Below, piece after piece: positions 48,077 through 55,759 of a DNA stretch of 55,759 nucleotides. Position numbers and translations under genes: made by a program. Positions within the stretch are counted from its first letter, which is position 1. Each line of letters starts with the position of its first letter. The DNA is from Candidatus Bathyarchaeia archaeon (lineage in GTDB: Archaea; Thermoproteota; Bathyarchaeia; Bathyarchaeales; Bathycorpusculaceae): positions 1 to 55,759 of the forward strand of contig JBEKBM010000020.1 of the NCBI GenBank assembly GCA_050015395.1. The letters run 5' to 3'. The notes beneath the pieces were generated by a model that worked only from the letters and a program-made list of their open reading frames with translations, made no database searches and had not been told where the DNA came from.

Positions 48077-48505
48077 ATGCTTAGAGTTAACGTCGTAATA
48101 ACCAGCATTACTGCTGAACGCTTTTGGGATATAAGGAAGCCAATCCCGCCAATTCAGATAAACACTAACATCAACGTTGTGGGTATGGAAAAGAAACAGG
48201 ATGAATCTTTAGAAGTACCGTTTGTCCTGTCAATCGCGTTTAATCCGTCTATCGCTCAAATGAATCTGAAAGGGAATGCTTACGTTACCGGCGAGAAAAA
48301 CGAAATTGAAAAAACTCTCAAAGACTATGAACAAAAAAAGCCGCCACCACAAATGATTATTCAATCAGTATCCAACGTTGTATTCATTGAAGCAGTGCTT
48401 ATTTCAAGAATATTGAATATTCCGCCGCCGGTTCCGCTGCCGCAGATTCCTGAAGCTGGAAAACAGCCAAGCTCTAAGCCTGAAGGAAGAGACTACAGCG
48501 CTTAA
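48077..48505 (+). CDS. Conserved archaeal hypothetical protein
   Basis: 142-aa ORF with beta-rich N-half and a C-terminal NIPPPVPLP motif. Confidence 0.7.
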   Translation: MLRVNVVITSITAERFWDIRKPIPPIQINTNINVVGMEKKQDESLEVPFVLSIAFNPSIAQMNLKGNAYVTGEKNEIEKTLKDYEQKKPPPQMIIQSVSNVVFIEAVLISRILNIPPPVPLPQIPEAGKQPSSKPEGRDYSA

Positions 48506-48519
48506 CTATTCAATGCCGT

Positions 48520-49228
48520 TTAAAGGAACCCCTTAAATTTCCTAGCTACGGCATCAGCAATTTTTAGTTCTACCGGAAACCCAAAGTACCTGCGTTTCCA
48601 CCTGTACTTAGCAATTCGATTCATTATAGTATAAGCAAACTTGTAGGCTAGGTCTCGCTTCTTTATTCTTGATTGTGGATAAAACGCGCAACGCGTAACT
48701 GCTGAAATCGTATGCAGTTTTTCAACTTGTGCTTTGCTGAGCCATGGTGGATCAAAATGAAAAACGTGGATTCTGCCCCACTCTTCAAGTGACTGCGGCG
48801 CCTTAAACTCAGAAGGCAAAAATTCCATCACTGGACTTGGAAACGACGTATAAACAAATATGCCGTAATGCTGCGTCTTAGGGTTAACTTCGCACATTTT
48901 ATCCATCAAATCAAAAGTCTGTTTCAAATCATCATCAGTCTCGCCTGGAAGACCACTCATCCATGAAACATAAGGCTCAATAGATGGCGCCCAACGCCGA
49001 AGATTCTCAACCGACTGTAACATTTGGTTTGCAGTAACATCTTTGCAGATAAGCTGTTGCAGGCGATCTGAACCTGACTCGCCTCCAAAATCTAACTCAA
49101 CGCATCCAGCTTGCTCTAAAAGCTCAAGAAAATCCTTATCATAAGTAGACATATAATCGAATCGGCAGTTACCTCGCCATTGAACATCAAGTTTTCGGTC
49201 TAAGACTCCATGGCATATTTCTTCAACT
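48520..49228 (-). pseudogene. 5'-truncated (B12-binding type) radical SAM protein
   Basis: The frame extends upstream of the tracked ORF (VEEICHGVLDRKLDVQWRGNCRFDY) up to a stop. GC..L.FGGESGSDRL and GLPGET are present, but there is no CxxxCxxC or N-terminal domain. Confidence 0.75.
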
Positions 49229-49467
49229 GTGTATATTTAGCTCTTGTTTTTTCTTCTTTAGCGCTTTTTTTCTACATCAAAAAACAGACTGTTCTATGTT
49301 GAAAAGCACCGTTCTGCATGCAAAGTGCGCGGTCTTCGCTCTATGCACATCTATGTTGAATCATATTTGAAGCCTATTAAGATCATCTAGTAGACCGGGT
49401 AGGTAGGCTGAGCACACACAAATACCCTAAGACAAAAAACGAGAGCTAAATACATACAAAAAACGCT

Positions 49468-49872
49468 TTATTTTAGAGGTACATACATTGATGAACGTGA
49501 TGCACCGATACCTGGTGTTCCATGCCTAACGGGCTTGTTAGTTATTGCGAATTCGCCTAGGTAATGCCCGATCATTTCAGGTTTAATCTCGACGTTAACG
49601 AATTCTTTGCCGTTGTGTATCTGGATTTTTATGCCAACCATTTCTGGCAGAATAATGAGGTCACGTACGTGAGTTTTAAGGTTGACTTCTTTGCCTTGTT
49701 TTTGGGCTTCTTTAGCTTCACGAAGCTTCTCCAGCAGTATACGCTGTTCAGGAGTTAAACCGCGCTGTAAACTTCTTCTTTGTCGTGAAGGAAGCAGATT
49801 AATGAATTCATCCATAGACATGCTTATCAAACTGCTCAAATTGTGTCCGCGGTAACTAAATTCTTTGGGCAT
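49468..49872 (-). CDS. rps19p: 30S ribosomal protein S19 (uS19)
   Basis: [31 protein letters not shown] and GIGASRSS. Confidence 0.97.
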   Translation of the reverse strand: MPKEFSYRGHNLSSLISMSMDEFINLLPSRQRRSLQRGLTPEQRILLEKLREAKEAQKQGKEVNLKTHVRDLIILPEMVGIKIQIHNGKEFVNVEIKPEMIGHYLGEFAITNKPVRHGTPGIGASRSSMYVPLK

Positions 49873-49925
49873 TTTTCATCTTCACCTTAAACTCATATTA
49901 AACGCTATAAACCTTCTGCCAATTC

Positions 49926-50666
49926 TTAGCGGATTGCACGTTTCTTTTTCTGGCCTGGACCACGCGCAGCGATCAACCCGACTTTTTGTCCGGGTGGAGC
50001 CCCATGCGAAGTCGTTGTGCATCTGCGAGCGCTTCGTTTGCTGCTACCGTATGGGTGGCAAGCGGGAACCATTTTGCGTCCGCTGGTTCTTGGATACTTG
50101 TGACCTTTAGCTTTCATCAGATGGAATTTCTCGCCTGCTTTCATGAAAGGCTTATCGATTCGTCCAGAGGCAGAAACTACACCTACAGTTGCCAAGCAAT
50201 AGTCGTCAACGTACCTTGTCCTGCCAGAGGGTAACCGTATCATTGTGCCTTGTGGAGTGTGACCGACTACAGTAGCGTAGGCACCTGAAGATTTTGCCAT
50301 TTTGCCGCCGTCGCCTGGACGGAGTTCTAAACCGCAAACTATTGTTCCTTCTGGTACTTTTCCTAAAGGAATAATGTTGCCTATTTCGGCTGGAGCTTTT
50401 CCGCCGTAGCAGATTTGTTGTCCAGTGAAAATGCCTTCAGGAGTAACTGTGTAACAGGATAAGCCATTTTCAAATTTAATCAGTGCTAACGGTGCACCGC
50501 TTCCAGGATTATGCATAAGAGCTTCCACTGTGCCGACTAATGAAGCTTCAAAAGATTCTTTCGGCGCTATTGTAGGATACTTTGCAGGAGCAACTCGTTT
50601 GTGGGTTGAAGCCCGCCAGTTTTGTCCACCGCGACCGCGTCTTTGAACACGAATTCGTTTTCCCAT
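49926..50666 (-). CDS. rpl2p: 50S ribosomal protein L2 (uL2)
   Basis: MGKRIRVQRRGRG, ELRPGDGGK, HPYG and APPGQKVG.IAAR. Confidence 0.97.
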   Translation of the reverse strand: MGKRIRVQRRGRGGQNWRASTHKRVAPAKYPTIAPKESFEASLVGTVEALMHNPGSGAPLALIKFENGLSCYTVTPEGIFTGQQICYGGKAPAEIGNIIPLGKVPEGTIVCGLELRPGDGGKMAKSSGAYATVVGHTPQGTMIRLPSGRTRYVDDYCLATVGVVSASGRIDKPFMKAGEKFHLMKAKGHKYPRTSGRKMVPACHPYGSSKRSARRCTTTSHGAPPGQKVGLIAARGPGQKKKRAIR

Positions 50667-50686
50667 AAGTCATGCCTTCTAGTAAT

Positions 50687-50947
50687 TTACAATATTCCAA
50701 GTTTAATGGCGACGTCTGAAGCCTTGAATTCAGGAGTAAGCTTCACAAATGCTTTTTTCACGCCTTGAGGAGTGATTAGCAGATTTACTTTGCTTACTTT
50801 AACTTCATAAAGTTCCTCAACAGCGTGTTTCACGTCGCTTTTTCCTGCTTTTAAGTTAACTACGAATATGAGCTTGTTATCCCGTTCAACCATTAAACTT
50901 GCGGATTCAGTCATTAACGGGTAAGAAATAACTTCGTTGCTGTCCAT
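50687..50947 (-). CDS. rpl23: 50S ribosomal protein L23 (uL23)
   Basis: YPLMTESA, NKLIFVV, KVN.LITPQGVKKAFVKL. Confidence 0.96.
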   Translation of the reverse strand: MDSNEVISYPLMTESASLMVERDNKLIFVVNLKAGKSDVKHAVEELYEVKVSKVNLLITPQGVKKAFVKLTPEFKASDVAIKLGIL

Positions 50948-51741
50948 TATGCACTTTCTCCTTCGCCGTAGAGTTTATCCAATCTTTCAATAGCCCCATT
51001 GGTCCATAACGTTAATCGCCCCGGATGAGTCCCCGGCGCCAACATTTCAGTATTGAGATTAGCAACCGTAGTAACGTCAACACCTGGAACATTACTTGCA
51101 GCGTTCACCAAGCCTTTATTCTCAACCACCACAATAAGCGGTCCAACGGCTTGCTTCATTTTTCTTCCTCTATGCTTGCCTTTGCCTGCGCGGATTTTTC
51201 GACTGTCTCGCACTCGGGTAATGTCTTGTATGACACCTAAGCTTGTGAGGGTTTCCTCGACTTCTTTAGCCTTCGTCAAACCTTCAATGGCGTTGTCAAC
51301 TATCAAGGGTATCTGGGGAACATTTTCGATCTTGTGGCCGCGTGAAGCTACTGTTTCTTTTTGTGCGGTAGCTGCAATCGCTGAAAATAATGCTAGTTTA
51401 GCCTCTTTCTTTGGTATGCTTTTTAGTATTTTCTTTTCAGCTCTTGGCGGGTGAGGTTGCCTTCCTTTAACTGTGCTTGGAGCAAAAGCTGCTCTTCCAG
51501 TGCCACCTTTAATGCGGGGAACTCTTGACATTGCGAAGCCTGTCCCGCGTGATTCTGCAGTGGTTCTTTTTCCAGCCATGGGGTCTCTGCCCTGCGGTTG
51601 TATCCTACTGGACTGTATGGCTAGCACTGCACGTTTTATTACGTCTGGTCTTAGCGGTGTTGAGAATATGTTGGGAAGAGTTATTTTTCCTGTTGATTCG
51701 CCCTTTAAGTCAAAAATCTCTGCGGTTTTTTGGTGTGCCAT
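50947..51741 (-). CDS. rpl4p: 50S ribosomal protein L4 (uL4)
   Basis: LRPDVIKRAV, QPQGRDPMAG.RTTAES, IRAGKGK.RGR and LAPGTHPGRLT. Confidence 0.97.
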   Translation of the reverse strand: MAHQKTAEIFDLKGESTGKITLPNIFSTPLRPDVIKRAVLAIQSSRIQPQGRDPMAGKRTTAESRGTGFAMSRVPRIKGGTGRAAFAPSTVKGRQPHPPRAEKKILKSIPKKEAKLALFSAIAATAQKETVASRGHKIENVPQIPLIVDNAIEGLTKAKEVEETLTSLGVIQDITRVRDSRKIRAGKGKHRGRKMKQAVGPLIVVVENKGLVNAASNVPGVDVTTVANLNTEMLAPGTHPGRLTLWTNGAIERLDKLYGEGESA

Positions 51742-51752
51742 GAGTTTTCAAC

Positions 51753-52766
51753 CTATTTTCCTTGTGGAGATTCCAGCGATATATATGTGATTTGTGGTGC
51801 TGCCTCAGGGATTTCTCTGGGCGGGCGTGCAGGAACACGCAAGCGAATTTGGCGTTTTTCCGTTCCAGGTATGCTGCCTTCGATTAGTATGTAGGGTCCT
51901 TTTACTTCCCCATATCGGATGTATCCGCCTTTGACTGTTACTTCTTTGCCGTCTTTGCCGATTTTTAATATGCGCTTGTTATATTCTATGCGTTGGTGGT
52001 AACCCATTTGTCCTGCTCGTGGTACCGAGTACGTGACGTGGTGTGGGTTCCATGGGCCTAATGTGGCGACGCCACGTTTGGTTTTTCGGCCTTTATGCTG
52101 GAGTATGGCTACTCCCCAACGTTTAACTGGACCTTGGAAGCCTTTTCCAGTTGTGATTCCTCCAATGTCTACGTATTGTCCGTCTTTGAATACTTCTTCC
52201 GGCGTTACTGTTTTGCCCAGAAGCTGTTTGGCGTATTCAAGTTGCTGGGGGATTGTTCCTCCGCCAATTTGGATTTCACATGCTTCAGGCTTCTTCTTTG
52301 AAAGGCTAGTCTGTGATGGTTGCGTTGCGGTGATTACGCGGATTACGGCTGTTTGGTCAAGGTTTTGCTGGACTTTCTCAAGCATTTCTTCAGTGTTAAA
52401 GTTTTCTGGAAGAACCAGTAAACGGTCAAGGATTGCTGGAGGATCTTTCATCCAAGCTTCCGTAATATTTTGGAGCCCGTATGGTGTTTTGGTGTAAGTG
52501 CGAATGCCACATACAAGCATAGGCGGCGTTTCTAGAATGGTTGCTGCTCGCATGACTTCCTTTCCAAAGTGAGGTGAACGTTTCCTATCTTCTATTGTGA
52601 AGACATAGGTCATGCCTGCTTTGTATGATGTGAAGCCTAAGAGCCTAGGTGTATCCGCGTTTATTGTTGGCCAGTAACGAATTCGTGCAACTGGTTTTTT
52701 AGCGCGTTTCCTAGGTAAATAAGCAAGTGAACCACGTCTTGGAGCATGCTTTTTTCGATGTCCCAT
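51753..52766 (-). CDS. rpl3p: 50S ribosomal protein L3 (uL3)
   Basis: APRRGSLAYLPRKRA, YKAGMT, GKGFQGPVKRWG and RAGQMGYHQR.EYNKRI. Confidence 0.97.
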   Translation of the reverse strand: MGHRKKHAPRRGSLAYLPRKRAKKPVARIRYWPTINADTPRLLGFTSYKAGMTYVFTIEDRKRSPHFGKEVMRAATILETPPMLVCGIRTYTKTPYGLQNITEAWMKDPPAILDRLLVLPENFNTEEMLEKVQQNLDQTAVIRVITATQPSQTSLSKKKPEACEIQIGGGTIPQQLEYAKQLLGKTVTPEEVFKDGQYVDIGGITTGKGFQGPVKRWGVAILQHKGRKTKRGVATLGPWNPHHVTYSVPRAGQMGYHQRIEYNKRILKIGKDGKEVTVKGGYIRYGEVKGPYILIEGSIPGTEKRQIRLRVPARPPREIPEAAPQITYISLESPQGK

Positions 52767-53024
52767 TGTACTTCAGCTTCGCGCCTTTAGCAATAAGAAA
52801 ATAAAGTTATAAACGTTACCATTAAAAATAAAAAACCAAGTTGCGCTCTATTACTTACACAAATATATAGCCTCTTATTTAAGAGAAATATTGTTGACCT
52901 GAGTTTGTGCTAATGCTCTAAGGGACCTACCCCTCCCTCTACTATAGTTTGAATTTGCAAATTGTGAAAACTGAAAACTCTTTTAGCCAGCGTTGTAAAT
53001 CTTTATTGGAGCCGGGGTGGCTCT

Positions 53025-53140
53025 TCGAGATTTTTCTCGTTCACGTTCACCGACGCCTCCACATGTCCAAGCGGTAAGCCCTCGGCGTCAACGAGAAAAA
53101 GCGACTGATAGCCCAAGACGAAGCCCTTCTTTCCTCTTCC
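53025..53140 (-). pseudogene. Internal fragment of a DDE transposase (IS4/IS5/IS1182-like)
   Basis: Reverse strand reads AMLGRGKKGFVLGYQSLFLVDAEGLPLGHVEASVNVNEKK, matching the G-Y-K...VD..G.P.....AN.NE segment of DDE_Tnp_1-type enzymes. Boundaries are approximate. Confidence 0.6.
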
Positions 53141-53268
53141 CAGCATAGCGTGTGCCTTTCTTGGTGGCTTCAAAGTTGATTTTGCCCTTGTAAATAATAG
53201 CGTTCAATATTCAAAAACTTCACTTTTCTTTTTTTAACAAATAAAAAAAGGGTTTATTTCACCACTTT

Positions 53269-53466
53269 TTATTTTTGTTGAAGCTGTTTTGCGCTTGCAA
53301 CCCATTTAGCTACGATTTTAGGTGAAACCTTCAACCTCTTAGCTAAGTCTTCAACTGACGCTTTCGCTAAATCGTCAACACTGTTTATGCCTATGGCTTT
53401 AAGTTGGCTTTCTCTTTTTTCTCCAATTCCACTGACCTCAGTTAAAACAACTTTTTTCTTTTCCAT
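53269..53466 (-). CDS. Small helix-hairpin-helix protein (DUF4332-like)
   Basis: LTEVSGIGEKRESQLKAIGINSVDDLA...AKWVASAK. Confidence 0.8.
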   Translation of the reverse strand: MEKKKVVLTEVSGIGEKRESQLKAIGINSVDDLAKASVEDLAKRLKVSPKIVAKWVASAKQLQQK

Positions 53467-53575
53467 TCCTAACGACCTCAATATAAGAGAAAATATGATA
53501 GTCTCTTATAAAACTTATTTTGTTATTAGAACGTCATGTAAACAATTTAAATACTGAAAAGCCATAATTTACCTT

Positions 53576-53719
53576 ATGCCTAAAATCCCAAAAACCATCA
53601 CTATTGACGAAGAACTATTAGACTGGGTTGAACAGAAAATCAAAGATAAAGAGTTTGCATCGTTATCTCATGCCGTTGAAAAGGCTCTGTACGAATTGAA
53701 AAAACGCTATGAAACCTAA
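53576..53719 (+). CDS. Ribbon-helix-helix (CopG/Arc/MetJ) protein, not in the ORF track
   Basis: MPKIPKTITIDEELLDWVEQKIKDKEFASLSHAVEKALYELKKRYET*; upstream TTTAAATA box. Confidence 0.8.
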   Translation: MPKIPKTITIDEELLDWVEQKIKDKEFASLSHAVEKALYELKKRYET

Positions 53720-54174
53720 CTGTTTTTTATCATTATTTTTTTATTTTTTTGAAAAGTCTTTGATGCTTGACTCGGTTTACATCAGTCGTGAATATGTTTA
53801 GAAGTGATGAGAGACTGTATTTTTTAAAAGCCTCCGAAGACTTGCATTACAGCTTCGTAGAAATCGTCTTTTCTTGCCTTAATACAAATCACTGGTTGTT
53901 GAGGCATGACGAGTTCAATTCCCATCCTCGTCGCGTGCTGCATTTGCAGAAAGTTGGGTGAACCGATTACTATATTATACTTGGTTTACTCAATTTTCCA
54001 TAGGACAGTCTTAATAGGCAAAGTCACTGCAAAAGCTCGAAGCAATGCCCTCTGAAGGTAGGATTGGAAATGATAGTTAAGCCTTTTGAATAAATATTTT
54101 GCCGTCATCATAGAACCTTAACAAAGTCTTTTAAGAAAGCATCAAAAGATTAAGTGAGAGTGGGGGTGAATAGC

Positions 54175-54252
54175 ATGCCTTTTGGGCGAAAGAAGAAGCC
54201 AGAGAAGAAACCTGAAGAGAAGAAGCCAGAGAAGAAAGAGGAAAAGAAGTAA
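54175..54252 (+). CDS. 25-aa Lys/Glu/Pro-rich micro-protein, not in the ORF track
   Basis: MPFGRKKKPEKKPEEKKPEKKEEKK*; SD-like GGGGTGA just upstream, TATA-like TTTTAAGA near 54129, T-rich tract after the stop. Confidence 0.5.
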   Translation: MPFGRKKKPEKKPEEKKPEKKEEKK

Positions 54253-54930
54253 TTCTTTTATTGAATTGTTGAGCCATTAATGATTGGGAGAATGGTTATG
54301 GTTTCAGCCTGCATCTTGATTTGTTGTGAGCTTCGGAAGTATACCGAAGTCACCAAGATGGTCAAAGGAGTGAATGTGTTTATCTGTCAGCGGGAGGTGG
54401 GATGCGATCACTGAGCGCTATGCACCAAGGAGCGAACTTGACAAGCTAACTCCTTGCTACAGCTTCTTTAACTCCGTTTTTATGCTCGACTACTGTTACT
54501 TGGCTAAAATATTTTTCAAGCGTCATAGCGCTATAGAGGAAGCGAAAAAATGGATATTTATTTACGTTTGCCATCTTTATACTTACCCATTCTACAATCA
54601 AGACACTTTATTTCTTTGTCTGTGTTTTCAATGTTGCTACTTCCACAGTAAGGACAATTTTTTACAAATTCTTTAGATATTAATCTCATCTCCATCTATC
54701 TGTATCTTTTTCTCTCTCTCTATTTTTAGATTACGTCATCATCCGTTCTTTTACATCATCGGCGAAATCGGTCAGCGGGTCTGAAGAGACACTATTTGTT
54801 TTGGAATAAATAACTGAGCTTGCTTTGGCTCATTGAGCCCAGCTAGGCTCTCTGTCTCTAAATAACTTTTATATTTGGCAAGGGGGTTGTTTGTCTTTAT
54901 GTTTCCCAATTATGTTGATCACAGTAATTA

Positions 54931-55170
54931 TTGGAACCCAGCAAGAAACCCATAAATGTTCTCATAAAGCAGCTACACACGAACATCGAAGTTGTCCTCA
55001 AAAATGGTTGGGATTACAAAGGCAAAATGATTAAAGTCGACGAACACATGAACATCCTCCTCGAAGGTGCAACCGAATACCAAAACGAGCAGATGCTCAC
55101 TAACTATGGTATCGTGCTGCTCCGCGGAAATAACGTTCTCTACATTGCCCTAGACGCTACAAGGCACTAA
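54931..55170 (+). CDS. Sm-like (LSm/SmAP) RNA-binding protein
   Basis: Sm1 V.LKNG..YKG.M..VDEHMNILL and Sm2 YG.VLLRGNNVLYI. Confidence 0.9.
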   Translation: MEPSKKPINVLIKQLHTNIEVVLKNGWDYKGKMIKVDEHMNILLEGATEYQNEQMLTNYGIVLLRGNNVLYIALDATRH

Positions 55171-55593
55171 ATATACTATGGTCCTATGGAAAATATCCTG
55201 AAAAGATGCAGGAATGCCGATGGTCTTTCATATAACTATCTGTGTATGGGGGATGTCACCCGCGCAAAACTCCCCTTTTTTCTTTTTTTCGCACGTGCCC
55301 CAGCTTAATTGACTTGTTTTTGCCGTTTCCAAAATATGTTTAGACGACATTTTCGGGTTAAGACATGTATTCGATTTTTCAGTCGTTGGCGAGGAGCTGG
55401 TAGAAACCAAGCTTTTCCCCAGCATACTCCTCAAGGACATCCCAATCCTCAATTAAGTTAACCAAGTTTATGTCACCTAAAACTATGTTGCAGCAAGTTG
55501 TCGTCGTCTTCTTTAACGGGAAGCGCTTTGTTTAGTTCTTTAAAGCGCGCGCCAGTGCGTTGCTAATTTAGCATTTTTGTGTTTAGTTTCTGC

Positions 55594-55758
55594 TCATCTT
55601 GCGAGTAAGGTTATGGACCGTGCTTTTTCTACCCTGTTTAATCGAAATGCAGCAACTGCGTTAAGTAGCATAGCTATCATGCACATCAATGCATGAACAG
55701 TGATCCTTTCTATACTCCTGACCCGATGTTTCTCTAAACATAGCTGTTCTTTGAGCCT
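55594..55758 (-). mobile_element. C-terminus of a DDE transposase, running off the window end
   Basis: RLKEQLCLEKHRVRSIERITVHALMCMIAMLLNAVAAFRLNRVEKARSITLLAR*; the RLK..L.L...RVR......H pattern is typical of the IS4/IS5-superfamily C-terminus. Confidence 0.7.
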
Positions 55759-55759
55759 A

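Noticed and set aside
178-52497. Numerous antisense or overlapping ORFs in the six-frame track (e.g. 178-513, 2390-2776, 14475-14981, 47495-48001, 52033-52497)
   Set aside because: They are shadows of well-supported genes on the opposite strand or in another frame.
55228-55470. 74-aa tracked ORF, and an alternative-frame fragment (VNLIEDWDVLEEYAGEKLGFYQLL*)
   Set aside because: The tracked ORF looks spurious. The alternative frame may be a pseudogene, but I cannot assign it with confidence.

Overview
Archaeal chromosomal segment, most consistent with Bathyarchaeia (TACK). Support: eS26, eS1, eS6, eS24, eS31, class I LysRS, Fae-Hps, CofD, aIF2-gamma and Rpo7/Spt4. The window starts inside an IS200/IS605-type tnpB element and ends inside a DDE transposase, so it is probably a contig broken at IS copies. 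Most of it is housekeeping: ribosomal protein clusters, SerRS, LysRS, Tmk, ABC/MFS transporters, M32 peptidase, tRNA-Arg(GCG) and tRNA-Glu(TTC). Two accessory islands stand out. Island 1 (~18.7-22.95 kb) holds a small RHH-like ORF, an unknown 426-aa gene, a PD-(D/E)XK gene, an AT-rich AGTAA repeat array, a divergent wHTH/nuclease-fold gene and a frameshifted tyrosine-integrase tail. Island 2 (~37.9-43.2 kb) is the best candidate for an undescribed system. It holds a PD-(D/E)XK gene followed by a compact operon: coiled-coil/wHTH protein, separately encoded propeptide-like protein, signal-less subtilisin (S8), M29 aminopeptidase fused to a wHTH, and a small amphipathic protein. This is followed by ten AGTC motifs at an exact 10-bp period. 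Island 2 is bracketed by direct repeats of the rps6e upstream/promoter sequence. Several unannotated small ORFs, pseudogene remnants and a dispersed intergenic GGGAGGGGTAGG(T)...GAGCA motif were also found. All calls are from motif recognition by eye; no database searches were run.
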